Part shown: positions 38,284 to 53,984 of the stretch, piece by piece | Layout of the letters: each line of letters starts with the position of its first letter | How positions within the stretch are numbered: position 1 is the first letter of the stretch | Source: the human T2T-CHM13v2.0 reference genome, Homo sapiens | Reading direction: 5' to 3' (one strand) | Assembly: GCF_009914755.1 (NCBI RefSeq) | Contig: NC_060932.1 | Length of the DNA: 64,000 nt | The notes under the pieces: model-generated | What the model saw: only the letters and a program-made list of their open reading frames with translations | What the model was told of the DNA's origin: nothing | The model's database searches: none | Made by a program: the position numbers and the translations under genes

Positions 38284-40914
38284 TTAATACAATATAAGCA
38301 AATGATTAATTTTATCAAAAAATGTCACAATAAATGGCACTTTCAAGTCTTTATTTATACTAATCTCCCAAGCTGAAATGCTATGACCTCCTCCTTCAGG
38401 ATTTCTGAGGTGCATTCATTCTTCAAACTTAAGATGGAAACCCACCTTTTTCACCAGTCGTAGCCCTACCACTCTAAACTCCAGTGATCTCTCACTCTGA
38501 GGACTCAGTGTTATAATAGATGTAACACCACTTAGTCACTACTTACATGTTATAACTTTCCTCTCTATTCTATTAGTGTCTATATCGTGGCTTCCTGAAA
38601 TGGTCTCAAGGAAAGTGGCTATGTCTTTGTAAACTTACTTTTATATGGCAATCATTTTTTAATACAATTCAAGGTTGTGACAATTAAATTTTGTTGATTA
38701 ATTCACAAAAACCATAAATAGTATGTCCCAAGATCCCTTTTCAGGCTCAAGGGTATGTATATCACTAGGTATCATTTTCCTGTGCATGTGACCTATTGGT
38801 TTTGAGATTTACAAGACTGGAAAAAAAATTAACTGATCTTTTCTTTCAAAGGACTCCAGAGAACTCTAATAATAATTATAACAGTTTAACTCTTCCGTCC
38901 CTTAACAAATCAAATTTTTCCAGAAGCTTCAGTCTTAACCCCCGATACTCTCCCACATTGACGATGTGCTCCAAACAGAAGAAATAACTCAGTTTATTGG
39001 CGAGAGGGAGAGAAGATGAGTGAAGATTTCCCCGCTCTTCTCTACCTCTGTGGATTCTGAAGTGAACTTCACTCTGTCCAAACCACTTCCTCAATAAAGC
39101 CACTCCTAACTTTTTTTCTCCTTCACCTAGTAAAACTTAGATACAATCCCTCACCATTCTTTGATAGTATTTTGAAGTTTGTATCACATTATTTTGAAGT
39201 GACTATTGTAATACTCATTTTGTTGATGTAATTATGTTTACCAACCTATTTCCTCAACTATATTGTGAGACTGTCAGTAACAAGAAATGTATATTCTTCA
39301 TCTTTATAGCCCCTGTAACCCACACAGTAGTTTACATGTAATACGTCTTCAGATGAAGACTTTCTTATTGAGTAAATGAATTAATAATAACAAATGTAGC
39401 ATGTCTAGAAAAGAATGTATTTAAGCATATATGAATCCCAGGGACCTAGAGATTCATAGAAAGTTGGCATTATTGATATAATTCCTACGACATTCCAGAA
39501 AATGCAACTTTTCCTAAGAAATGCTTTGTGGAAACACTCACTAACCTCAGTGAAGAAACTGTAGCTTTAAAGCACATGGTTTAGGGATGCTAAGCTGCAG
39601 ATATGACCCTTCTTTGTTACTGTACCTTGTATATTACTTATTACTTTATACTTTATGTGAGTACTTTATATTCTATAATTGACCTGTGCCTGGCTATCAT
39701 AAACCTGTCCTGTCCTCCACACAAATCTTGAAAGAAGCATCAATGTAAAGCCGAAATTACCTTTTTCAGTTCCAAGGTCCCTTTGAAATTTCTCTATATT
39801 TTATAAGAATTTGAACCAGCTGAGAAAATGGCCCTATCTCCTATAAGCTTCCAACCCTACCAAATAAAACTTGCATGCACTTTGATTAAGTGGTTGATGC
39901 CAGGACTAGACTGACACATAAGCAGATAATTGCTTTCAAGATGTGGCTTAATATCACAGAAGGGTAAAGCTGGAAGTAATTTCCCATCACCCATTTGGCA
40001 CACATTCAGAGAGCATGCCAGTTGTGTGCAGATGTGATGCTGGGCTCTGGGACCTGATAGCACAAGCCCAATAGTTCCACTGCATACAAGGGAGGACAGA
40101 GGTCCAAATGGGTAAGTTGATTCTCCCCAGTCACCAAGCTAGTGATTGACAGAGGAAAGACTAGAAGCTGGGTCTGAAAGCTTTCTCATTCATTCTACTG
40201 TTCTCAGTGAGAAGTGCCTGGCGAAGTTCTCTAAAAGGAAATGCCTACTCTTTCCAGAGAGCCCTCGGGACTGAAATTCAGCCATTCACTCCTTGAGTTA
40301 AGCTCTTCTCTCTCAAATTCTCCTATGAGAAGTAAGAAACTAAAATTAAAACTTGTAATTCCTTCGAATAAATTAATTCTTAAGTGTGGAAAAATAGTGC
40401 AACATAGAGATACTGAGCATACAATGAGAAATAGATAATTAAAAGTCAGAATAAAGTGCAGGAAGGAAAGAAAATCTAGACGAAGCACTGAGGCACAGAT
40501 GCCAACTGTTTCATGGCTTTGCCTCAGGTCAACCCGACCTTTTTCAAAATATAGTAATTAGCTTGCTAGAGTCTGAGCCCCTGGTTTCTCTGTGGGAAGA
40601 TTTCTCTATGGTTTATTAAACTTCATTCTCCTGTCTATGAGTAGGTGGATTTAGTGAGAAATAACCTATGACATAAAGTTTGCTGATGATTAACAGAGTT
40701 ACTTCAGGAGTGTAGACTCTGGAACCCAAAGAACAAAATGTTACAAGTATTGATTGCAATGTTTTCCCTTGTTTTGTGTCAGAAACATCCACAGGAAGAA
40801 ACGACATTTAAGAAAGTCATCTTTTTAAAATAACCAAGACCAGAAGAAATTATAGCAAAAGCACAAGCTTTCTGATAAGAGACAGCTAAAAAGTGGATTA
40901 GACTTGTGCCTGGA

Positions 40915-40957
40915 TTTTTTGTTTTGTTTGTTTGTTTTTTTTTTTTTTTTTTTTTTT
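40915..40957. repeat. (TTTG)n plus poly(T) tract
   Basis: Seen directly. Confidence 0.9.
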
Positions 40958-41521
40958 ACCTATTAATTGATTAGGAAAAATAGGTAGACCCTGAGTGAAA
41001 GTAGAAAAGAACCATTCTGGTAAAAATTCTGAAAGTAGAAAAGAACCTTTAGCTTTAAAGGTATGTCTTAATAGAGCAGTGCTAAGACAGGTGGTTAGGT
41101 ATGTGAATGCATGCCACTTAGAAAAGAATATGAAGGAGAAGGGACCAAGAAGGCAGATACATTGCCCCTGATAAAGAAGTCATTTTTCTCTCACCTTTAC
41201 ATAAATATCAGCCACTAAAAATCTAGGAGCACAAATAATGAAAGCGAACCCTGTTCGCTCTGTTTGTGGAAGGTCTCATGAGTACTGCAGTGTGCCCTGG
41301 TTGCTGCCTATGGCCTTCTGCTTGAAGCATTCAGCATTGGAATGTAGTGTCAGAAAAGGCAACTTCTGTGCAAGAACTATGACAAATTAATCCTCTGTGG
41401 GCCTTATCTGCCACATTCACTTGAAGTCCCCATTTCAGTGCTGGACAAAAGCCTCCTCAGAGTCCAGATATATTTGGAAGCTCAGTTTTGAAGGGGACAA
41501 CAAGAAAGGTGGATTGAATAC

Positions 41522-41924
41522 TGTCTTAGTCTATTTTCTGTTTCTACAACTGAATATCTAAGACAGGGTAATGTATAAGGAAAAGAAATTTATTTATCAC
41601 AGTTCTGGAGTCTGGGAAGTCCAAGGTAGTGGTGGGAGCATCTTGTAAGGAACTTCTTGCCGGTGGGGACAATCTGCAGAGTCCCAGAGTGGCACAGGGC
41701 ATCACATAATGAAGAGGCTGAGTGTGCTAGCTTGGATCTCTCTTCCTTCTCTTATAAAACCACTAATGCCCCACCCTTATGACCTCATCTAATCCTGCTT
41801 ACATATCAAATGTCCCACCTCTCAAATACCGTAGTCAGATTTCCCACCCTCTTAATACTGTTATTACAATGGAAATTAGGTTACAATGTGAGATTTGGAG
41901 AGGACAAACATTCAAACCATAGCA
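41522..41924 (-). mobile_element. MaLR solo LTR (MST group)
   Basis: tgtcttagtc...cacagttctggagtctgggaagtccaag...attcaaaccatagca; 5-bp TSD aatac/gatac. Confidence 0.9.
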
Positions 41925-42387
41925 GATACTCTTTGACCCCAATTTATTTAGAAATGCAAACTTGTCTTCTAGGGAAGAATTTCTTGTCAAAGGGTAGAGA
42001 ACATCTATTCTTTGAATTGGAGTCTCTGTATTTGCTGGGAGTTTTCATGAGAAGTATAACATTACACAACCCTAAATTACAAACAAACTGGAAGATGTTT
42101 GGTATTCTGCTGATGCTAAACCTATACATTTTTTCTTTTGCTTGTTTCTTTCTTTGGCTTTTAATTATGGAGGAATTTAACAAAAACATGTAGACAAAAG
42201 TACACATGGATCTGTTCATGTATCCATCACTGAGATGCAGAAAGATGCAGAATCATAATTGTTTGCCAACTTTGTTTCATCTCTTTTTTCCTACTTCTTT
42301 CCCTACTTGCAAAGGATTATTTTAAAGCAAACTTTAGACATAATATCATTTCGTCATAATAAACTTGTCTTTGCATAACCTATATTT

Positions 42388-42747
42388 TTTTCCTTTTTTC
42401 TCTTTCTTTCTCTTTCTTCTTTCTTTCTTCTCTTTTTTCTTTCTTCTTCTTTTCTTTTTTTTTTTTTTGAGAGTGTCTCATTCTGTTGCTCAGGCTGGAG
42501 TGCAGTGGCATGATTATAGTTCAATGAAGCCTCGATCTCCTAGGATCAAACGATTCTCTCACCTCAGCCTCCTGAGGAGATGGGATTGCTGGCGTGTGTC
42601 ACTGCACCCAGCTATTTTCAGAATTTTTTTTTGTAGAGACAGGCTCTCACTAGGTTGCCCAGGCTGGTCAAACTCCTGGTCACAAGCAATCCTCCCATCT
42701 CAGACTCTCAAAGTGCTGAGATTACAGGCATGAGCCATCACACCCAG
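42388..42747 (-). mobile_element. AluJ with (TTTC)n tail
   Basis: TSD cata(a/g)cctatattt at 42374-42387 and 42748-42761. Confidence 0.95.
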
Positions 42748-43117
42748 CATAGCCTATATTTCTTAAGATATATTTAACTGGTATAGGGTAAGTTGGTTGG
42801 CTCTTCTGGCGATCAGGTGCTACATTCTTAGACAGAACGCCCTCTTCTCTATGCCCAGAATTATTTCTTCTGTTGACAGTGATATGCCTAAGGGCTTATG
42901 ATTTGGAAGTTCAGGAAGAAACAAGAAGAGAGATGGGATGACAACATGGGGCCTGTTTTCTGCCTGGCCCCTTAGACTGTAGAGTCTCTTTGGTTTGAGC
43001 TAGGGCAGACAGTGGATGGAACAATTTTCACGTAAGACTCACACTCAGCGTAGCACAGGCAATATTGCCTAGAGGAGTTATTTGGGGAAACATTGAAAAC
43101 ACTGATCAAAATAAATA

Positions 43118-43446
43118 CAGTCAGTCCTCTGTATCCATGAGCTCTGCATTCATGGATTCAACCAGCCACAGATAAAAAACATTCGAGGGGAAAAAAGCAA
43201 AAATAATAACAATACAACAATAAAAAATACAATTGAAAAACAATATAGCATAATGACTATTTACATAGCATTTACATTGTACTAGGTATTATAAAAAATC
43301 TAGAGATTATTTAAAGTAAAATGGAAGATATTCATAGGTTGTATGCAAATACTAGGCAATTTTATATCAGAAACCTGAGCATCCAAAGATTTTGGTTTCT
43401 GGGAGAATTTCTGGAACAGATTCTCCACGGATCTGAGGGATGACTG
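43118..43446. mobile_element. Tigger3/MER7-like TcMar non-autonomous DNA transposon
   Basis: TA|cagtcagtcctctgtatcc ... ggatctgagggatgactg TIRs; internal tatttacatagcatttacattgtactaggtattata. Confidence 0.88.
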
Positions 43447-43598
43447 CACTGCTTTGGAACTGCTATGTGACATTAAGCTTCGTGGAAAGTCACTGTTCTG
43501 ACTTCTGCATGGAATTCAACAATATTCTGACACTCTGAGATTCATATAGTATCTGGAAATAACTTTATTGGTAGAGTCTTAAGAATTTATACAAAGGA

Positions 43599-43891
43599 AG
43601 CTGGGTGCAGTGGCTCATACCTATAATCCCAGCACTTTGGGAGGCCGAGGCAGGCAGATCACGAGGTCAGGAGTTGGAGATCAGCCTGGCCAACATGGTG
43701 AAAACCCATCTCTACTAAAAATACAAAAATTATCTGAGTGTGGTAGTGCGTGCCTGTAATCCCAGCTACTCAGGGGGCTGAGGCTAGAGTATCATTTGAA
43801 CCTGGGAGGCAGAGTTTGCAGTGAGCCAAGATTGCACCACTGCACTCTAGCCTTGGCAACAGAGTGAGACTCCATCTCAAAAAAAAAAAAA
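43599..43891 (+). mobile_element. Alu (AluS-like)
   Basis: TSD aagaatttatacaa at 43581-43594 and 43892-43905. Confidence 0.97.
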
Positions 43892-43949
43892 AAGAATTTA
43901 TACAATGGGTATTTTCAGCTCTGACAAAAGCATATCCAGGCAGTCATTT

Positions 43950-45210
<1,261 letters not shown>

Positions 45211-45615
45211 AGAGCGATGGAGACACCTTTAGTTGCTACCAAACCACCTGTCCTTCTTGCTTTCTTTCTTCTGCATCATCAATTTCTCCCTCTCTAATGA
45301 TTATTCCTATAGGTAAACAAAGGTACAACAATATTGCCCCTGTCATATCTACTGCTGTCATGGCTTCTGTCTGGACCTCTCTGGCTCTGCAGAGTCTGGC
45401 CCCTGTAGGTTGCATTTCTCATGCTGAGGTTTCTGGTAGATCTGGAAAATAAGACAAAACTGGGGGAGGTTGGAGGAAAAGAGCAATGAAAATATAAAAT
45501 ATTCCTTTCAGGCTCTCTGCCTCTGGTGGCATCTCTGGCAGAACCAAGACTGAGCCCTTTGGCAAGCAGACTCCATTTAGTTCAGGAAAAGGAGACGAGT
45601 CTCAAGAAGGGACTA

Positions 45616-46045
<430 letters not shown>

Positions 46046-46654
46046 TCAACAAGAGAGAATAATCAACTGTGCCAAATGCTGCTAAGTCAAGTTTGATAAT
46101 GACTAAGAATTATCTACTATAATGCACAGTTAATCCCATGAGATGAGCAGCCTGGTTGGATTGGTACAGATGAAAGCCTGCAGGAAAGACTGGGCAGAAA
46201 ACAGGGAGAAGAAGCAGAAACAAATATTAGTAAATGTTAAGAAAACAGGGAAATGTGGCATAGCTTAAGTAGAATGTAGCATTTAAGACAAAGGTTTCCT
46301 AAAGATGGGAGATATATCAGTCAGAGTCTAACCATTAAAACAGAAATCTCTCCCAGCACTTAAAACCAAGGTAATTTAACCAGGTAATGGAAGAACTGAG
46401 ACACCAACTGAAGCAGATGAAGGAGCCCAGAGATTAGTACCTGCAGGCCACATCTTCTTTCTGTCTAAAGAGACAAAGAGAAGATGTTATTAGAGCTCAA
46501 AGTTTGGGGTCATTTGCAGAAGCTGAAACTACAACAGTCATGGCTACTTGGGGCTGGAGCCCAGAAACTTCAGCTTCTACCAAAGATGGCCCACCATTCA
46601 CCACTCTTCCTGCTGAGCTCAGCATCACCTTGGGTCACCTTAATGACCCAAGGC

Positions 46655-47146
<492 letters not shown>

Positions 47147-48569
47147 CTTGAAATTCTACATTGTAAAAGAGTACTGAATGCTTCCTTGCGCAAAACTGCC
47201 TCCAGTTCCTAAATCCAGACCTAAGATATGCATTACAGTAACAAATGGTAGAAACCTTTGAATTAATTTTCTTAATGAAATAGGCTGCCTGAAAGCTCCA
47301 TCCCTTTAATGCTGTTTTGAGGTTATGAGAGCAAAAGATGAAAAGCCCAGAAACAACATTCTCTGAGTTTCTTCTCACAGTAAACAGAATAATTAAGCGG
47401 TGTGGTTACCCACATGGCACTGAGAGACACATCTTCCAGGATGCTGTAAGTCTTAACTCATAGTAGGAGAGAGAGGGAGCGTATGCTAGGTGCACAGGGT
47501 AAGAAATTAACACATCTGATCTCTTTTCAACCCCCTAAAATACCTTTCAGAGAGCTCATCTTTGCCCTTCTCTAATTTGGAATATATCATGTGCCTTATA
47601 ATTAGGGATTCTTTCTTGGTGCCTGAAACATTTGTCACTTTTAGGGAATTGCAATCTTGAGTCTGTGGATCAGAAATAAGCTCCTGGTCTTTTATTGAGA
47701 ATCCTGCATTTCGAGTAAGTAATTTCCCGAAGCAGCTGGGATTTACTCAGTGTTCTTAGTTATAATTAAATGATAAATCTTCACATGGAAGGCATCCAAC
47801 ATTGAATATGTCAGTTCCATCGAAGCGGAATAGAGCACAAGATACATTTACCTAGGGAAATGATTCCACTTTGGAAAACTCTATTCTCTTGTCAGAAGTC
47901 AGATGACAAGCAGTTGCCTATGAACAGTCAATAACAAAAGGCTCTTTAGTGGCTTATGATACATCTTTTACACCCTATGTCTATGCAGTTTTCTGGAAAT
48001 AATGAGTGGTTCCTTCCTTGCCTAACATTTCCTTATTGGCATCAGCATCCCCCAGGTCTGAATAGGCTTGGCCCTCAGCATTGATTTAGGGATGGCTACC
48101 CCATAATGCTCAGCTGGAGTGCAGTGTGCTCCAATGCACACAGATCATTCTCCCTTTCATGACTGTCGCTTAAGCTCTTCACCAAACAAGCATTTTTTAA
48201 ATACCTGTGATGGCCTGGGCTTGTACTAGGCAAGGCAGGAGGTACAACCTCCCATCTTGACATCTGTGATGCTTTTGGTTCACTTGTCCAGTAAGGCATT
48301 GAGAGTTCATTAAGATGGGGAAGGAGAGGAGTTAGAGTTTATGATTCCAATGGTCCTTTCCGAACTGAAAATTATATGGCTCCATGTATATGTGTGTGTG
48401 TGTGGGTGTGTGTGTATGTTTATATTTAGTCCTGTTTAATTCACTTTTGTGTCCCATGTGTCCTAGCAAAAGGCACTGTAGCTACTAAGATTCAATAAGT
48501 CTTGGCAGAAAATGCATTCCATGAATGAGATAATTATGATTATTGGAAATGCATAGCTTAAAATAAAAA

Positions 48570-49225
48570 ATGGTAGCTGACATATTATTGCTTACTATGT
48601 ACAGAACACCATTATAAATAATTTAATCCTCATAATAACTAAAAGTGGTAACGGTTATTGTTTTTATTTTTCAAATAATAAATTGAAGATACATAGAAAT
48701 CAAGCAACCCACCCAAGCACACACAGCTGAGTGGGCAGAACTAGGGCGCATAGTTAGGCTTTCTAGGTTCATTGTTACACCAAAAAAAAAAAAAAAAAAA
48801 AAAAAGCTACTGTCTAGACAGACAGAGTTACCTAGAGTTTGAATTCTCCTAGGTTTTTCTGAATTAAGGCAACACAGGGGCCTGGAAAGAGCTTTATCTT
48901 TGGGATCCAACATGCCCAGATTCAACACTTAATAGCTATGTGACCTAGGGCAAGATCATGGATCTTTCTGAGCCTAAACTTTTGGATCAAAATTGTAATT
49001 AGACCTATCTTGTAAGTGCATAAATAATTCTGGAGCCAGACTGCATCGCTGAGCAAGATACTTATCCTCTATGTTACTCAGTTTCCTTGTTTGTAAAGTA
49101 TCATACACCATATAAAACTTAATTACCTCAAAGGTTGTAGATGAAAAATGTATCAACATAAATGAAATTCTTTGAATAATACCTGATGTACAATCAGTGC
49201 TACATCAGTGTTATTTATTACTTTG
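48570..49225. mobile_element. Cluster of MIR fragments in both orientations
   Basis: atttaatcctcataataac...; tagctatgtgacctagggcaag; cagtttccttgtttgtaaa. Confidence 0.65.
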
Positions 49226-49369
49226 CTACAGATGCCACTATTTTATTAGGTTTTGCCAGAGAATAATTGTTTCTATTGCCACCTGTGGTCAATTCTTCCA
49301 CTCTGCAATACATTCCACCCTCTATTGCCTACTCAAGGGTCTTTTCCAAGATTTCCTTCTTCTTTGTCC

Positions 49370-49720
49370 TATATTAGTGTATTTTTCAGTTTTTGCACTG
49401 CTAATAAGACATACCCAAGACTGGGAAATTTACAAAAGAAAGGCATTTATTGGACTTACAGTTCCACATGGCTAGAGAGGCCTCACAGTCATGGCAGAAG
49501 ATGAAAGGCACATCTCACATGGTGGCAGACAAGAGAGGACAGCTTGGGTAGGGAAACTCCCCATTATAATAACATCAGATCTTCTGAGATTTATTTGCTA
49601 TCACAAGAACAGCATGGGAAAGACCTGCCACCATGATTCAACTACCTCCCACTGAGTCCCTCCCACAACACATGGGAATTCAAGATGAAATTTGGGTGGG
49701 GACACAGCCAAACCATATCA
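49370..49720 (-). mobile_element. THE1 MaLR LTR
   Basis: gacatacccaagactggg...ggacttacagttccacatggct...tgggtggggacacagccaaaccatatca. Confidence 0.93.
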
Positions 49721-50212
49721 TTCCACCCCGACCCCTCCCAAATTTCATGTCCTCACATTTCAAAACCAGTCATGCCTTTCCAACAGTACTCCAAAGTCTT
49801 AACTCATTTCAGCATTAACTCAAAAGTCCACAGTTTCAAAGTCTCATCTGAGACAAGGCAAGTATCCTCTGCTTATGAGCCTATAAAATCAAAAGCAAGT
49901 TAGTTACTTCCTAGATACAAAGAAAGTACAGGCATTGGGTAATACAGCCATTTCAAGTGGGAGAAACTGGCCACAACAAAAGGGCTACAAGCCCCATCCA
50001 AGTCTGAAATCCAACAGGGCAGTCAAATCTCAAAGATCCAAAATGATCGCCTTTGACTCCATGTCTCATATCCAGGTTATGCTGATGTAAGAGGTGGGCT
50101 CCCATGGCCTTAGGCAGCTCTGCCCCTGTGGCTTTGCATGGTACAGCCTCCCTCCTTGCTGCTTTCACAGGCTGGTGTTGAGTGTCTGCAGCTTTTACAG
50201 GCACACGGTACA
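49721..50212 (-). mobile_element. THE1-int 3' fragment
   Basis: Contiguous with the LTR; ORF 49953..50213(-) shows MaLR-int peptide VKAARREAVPCKATGAELPKAMG. Confidence 0.9.
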
Positions 50213-50526
50213 AACTTATATGATTTGACTACATCATATAAAGAAAATTATACAATATTTGTCTTTTCATGACAGGTTTTTTCCACATAGCATAATGATC
50301 TCAATGTATATTCATGTTATAGCATATGTCAGTATTATATATTTTGATGGTCTGTTATTAGGTGTGTAAATGTTTATAATTGTTATATTTTCTTGCTGTA
50401 TTGAACATTTTATGAATATATAATGTTGTTTGTCTCTTGCAACTTTCCTTGATTAAGACCTATTTTGTTTGATATTAATATACTCCTTTGGTTATTATTT
50501 GCATGGAATATCCTTTCCCATCCTTT

Positions 50527-51253
50527 TGAGAGGTGAAACCAGCTGGACTTCCTGGGTCGAATGGGGACTTGGAGAACTTTTCTGTCTAGCTAAAGGATTG
50601 TAAACACACTAATCAGCGCTCTGTGTCTAGCTAACAGTTTGTAAATGCACCAATCAGCATTCTGTGTCTAGCTAAATGTTTCTAAATGCACCAGTCAGCA
50701 CTCTGTAAAAATGCACCATGATCAGCACTCTGTGTTTAGCTAAAGGTTTGTAAATGCACCAATCAGTGCTCTGTAAAAATGAACCAATCTGCACTCTGTA
50801 AAATGGATCAATCAGCGCTCTGTAAAATGGACCAATCAGCAGGATGTGGGTGGAGCCAAATAAGAGAATAAAAGCTGGTCACCCGAGCACATAGCGGCAA
50901 CCCGCTTGGGTCTCCTTCCATGCTGTGGAAGATTTGTTCTTTCGCTGTAACACTCACTGAGAGGGTCTGAAGTCAGCGAGACCACAAACCCACCAGGAGG
51001 AACAAACAACTCCATACGCACCACCTTTAAGAGCTGTAACACTCACCACGAAGGTCTGCAGTTTCACTCCTGAAGTCAGCGAGACCAGGAACCCACCAGA
51101 AGGAAGAAACTCCCAACACATCTGAACATCTGAAGGAACAAACTCCGAACACACCATCTTTAAGAACTGTAACACTCACCGCGAGGGTCCGCAGCTTCAT
51201 TCTTGAAGTCAGCGAGACCAAGAACCCACCGGAAGGAACCAATTCTGGACACA
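50527..51253 (+). mobile_element. Solo LTR12 (ERV9 LTR, short variant) inserted in old L1
   Basis: TGAGAGGTGA...GGACACA termini; perfect 4-bp TSD cttt; tandem tgtctagctaaa...accaatcagc U3 repeats; three gaagtcagcgagacca U5 repeats. Confidence 0.95.
50600..50900 (+). promoter_or_regulatory. LTR12 U3 promoter motifs (CCAAT/NF-Y array and AATAAA TATA-like box)
   Basis: Intact CCAAT at 50650, 50759, 50784 and 50832; AATAAA at 50867-50872; activity not demonstrable from sequence. Confidence 0.55.
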
Positions 51254-51329
51254 CTTTCACTTTCAACCTATTAGTGTTTTTGGCTTTAAAGTGGATCACT
51301 TATAGACAGCATATAGTTGGATTGTGGGG

Positions 51330-51612
51330 CTTCCTTGCTTCCTTCCTTCCTTCCTGTCTCTCTTTCTTTCTCTCTCTCTCTTTCAAAAACGTGTTGCTCT
51401 CCCACCCAGGCTAAAGGTGCAGTGATATGATCGATCAAGGCTCACTGCAGCATCAATCTCCAAGGCTCAAGTGATCCTCCCACCTCAGCCTCCTGAGTAG
51501 CTGAGACTACAGGCGTGTGCCTGGCTAATTTTCGTATTTTTTGTAAAGATGAGGTTTCACTGTGTCCAGATTGATGGTCCCAAAGGGAGTTCAAGTGATC
51601 TGCCCACCTTGG
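51330..51612 (-). mobile_element. AluJ, 5'-truncated, with (TTCC)/(TC) tail
   Basis: ggctcaagtgatcctcccacctcagcctcc; degenerate left arm. Confidence 0.9.
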
Positions 51613-52150
51613 GGATCATGGTTTTTTAAAATCCATTCTGTCAATTTTTGTCTTTTGATTGGAGAGTTTCATTTATATTTAAAGTAAAAATAAGGAGGAA
51701 CTTCATTCTGACATTTTGTTATTTATTTTCTGTATGCCTTATATTATTTTGGTTCCTTATTTTCTGCATTACTGCCTTCTTTTGTATTAAGCTGACTTTT
51801 TTCAATGACTTCTTGTTTCTTTTGTATATATTCTATAACTATTTTCTTTGTGGTTACCATGGTGGTTATGTTTAAGGACCCAGTTTAACAACTGATTTTT
51901 TTCTTTCTTTTATTGTCCGTTTCAGCTACAGAATTTTGGAGGGATTCTTTTTGCTTTTCTATCTCTTTGTTAATATTTTTACTTCGTTCATGTATTTGGT
52001 TTTTAAAAATTTTCTCTGTCTTCCTTTAGTTCTTTGAGCATCTTTAAGACAGTTGTTTTAAAGTATTTAAAAAATCTGCCATCAGGTTTTTCTCAGAGAT
52101 GGTTTGTGTTGTTTTATTTTTTCCTTGGAATGAAACATACTTTCTTGGTA

Positions 52151-53208
52151 TTTTTTCCAACTTTTATTTTAGGTACAGGGGACACATGTGCAAGTTTGTT
52201 ACATGGGTATATTGTATGTCCCAGGGATTTGGTGTACAGACTATTTTTTCACCCAGGTAATAAGCATAGTATCTGAGGTAGTGTTTCAATCCTCACCCGC
52301 CTCCATCCTCCACCCTCAAGTAGGCTCTGATGTCTATTGTTCCCTTCTTTGTGTCCATTTGTACTCAATGTTTAATTCCCACTCATAGATGAGAACATGC
52401 GGTATTTGGTTTTCTGTTCCTTCATTAATTCATTTAGGATAATGGCCTCTGGCTCCATCCATGTTGCTACAAAGGACATGATTTCATTTGTGTGTGTGTG
52501 TGGGTGCATAGTATTCTGTGGTGTATATGTGCCATATTTTCTTTATTCAATACAGCATTAATGGACACCTAGGTTGCTTCCATGCCTTTGCTATTGTGAA
52601 TAGCACTGTGGTGAACATACACATGTATATGTCTCTATGGTGGAACAATTTCTACACTTTTGGGTGTATACCCAGTAATGGGATTGCTGGATTGAATGAT
52701 AGTTCTGTTTAAAGTTATTTGAGAAGTCTCCACACTGCTTTCCACAGTGGGTGAACTAATTTACATTCCCACCAGCAGTGTATAAGCATCCTCTTTTCTC
52801 AGCAACCTCACTGGCATCTGTTATTTTCTGACTTTTAATAATAGCCATTCTGACTGATGTGAGGTGATATCTCATTGTGGTTTTTATTTGCATTTCTCTA
52901 ATAATTAGTGATGATGAGCATTTTTTCATAGGCTTATAGGCCACGTGTTTGTCTTTTTTTTAAGAAGTGTCAAAGTGCCTGTTCATGTCTTTTGCCCATT
53001 TTTTAATGGGGTTATTTGTTTTTTCATTGTTAAATTCAGTTCCTTATGGAGTCTGAATATTAAACCTTTGTTTGATACATAGTTTGCAAATATTTTCTCC
53101 CATTCTGTAGGCTTTCTGTCTACTCTATTGATAATTTCTTTTGCTTTACAAACATCTTTGGTTTAATTTGATCTGACTTGCCAATTTTTGTTTTTGCTGT
53201 AATTGCTT
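52151..53208 (-). mobile_element. 5'-truncated L1 (old L1PA/L1PB) nested in older L1M
   Basis: Antisense 3'UTR plus ORF2 end; ORF 52756..52944(-) [23 protein letters not shown] is L1 ORF2 C-terminus. Confidence 0.92.
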
Positions 53209-53984
53209 ACTTTTATGTTTTTTTGTACGCCAAGTAATTTTTTCTTGAAAACTAACCATTTGAATCTAATCATGCTGTAACTCTGCAAATCAGATTCTCT
53301 TCCTTCCCAGGGTTTTCTGGGATTTTTTGTTTGTTTGTTTTAGTTTGTTTTGCTTTTTTTCTTCTTGTTGTAGGCTGTCTCCATGCTGAGAATCATGCTA
53401 AGTTGTATACTTACGTCTTCCAAGGGGTTTTCTGAGCCTGTGCCTTTCACTGGGCAGTGTAGTCACTTTTTAATTTACTCTATATATGTTCTTGCTTTGG
53501 AATGTTGTAGTCTTTAATGTCTGGGTCCTAAAAGGAGAAAAAGAGAAAAATAAAGAGGGAATTTTTAAAAAGCATCAGCCCTTTAAACCTCCTATAAGTT
53601 GTTTTTGTTAGAGATCGGAGGAGCTTGCAACAGTGAGGGGCAAAGTAACAATGGTTGGTCACATCCATGTCTACACTCTGGGATTAGAAGCAGCCATTGG
53701 CAATGGAAACATGGATCTCAAATATCTGGAGAACAAGGTTCTTACTTCCCACCACGGCTCCTGAAAGCTGTGTTCAATCTGCTCCTTGAATGTGTACACA
53801 ACTGCCTGCCACAGGGCTGGAGGGTGGTGATGGGTGGCTGCTGATTAGCTGAGAACTGAAATTGACCACAGCTAACTGCAATTTACCGTCCAAGCTTTTC
53901 CCTGGAAGTTGTAAACCTTCAATAAACTCCAGTTACAACAGATAGATTTTTCCAGGGCAGTAGTTGTCTCTATTTTTTTTTTTC

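Noticed and set aside
50580-51230. CRISPR-like repeat/spacer appearance
   Set aside because: These are LTR12 U3/U5 tandem units in a primate genome; spacers are not unique and there are no cas genes.
50836-51299. Overlapping minus-strand ORFs with repeated PSGGFLVSLTS
   Set aside because: Antisense translation of LTR12 U5 repeats.
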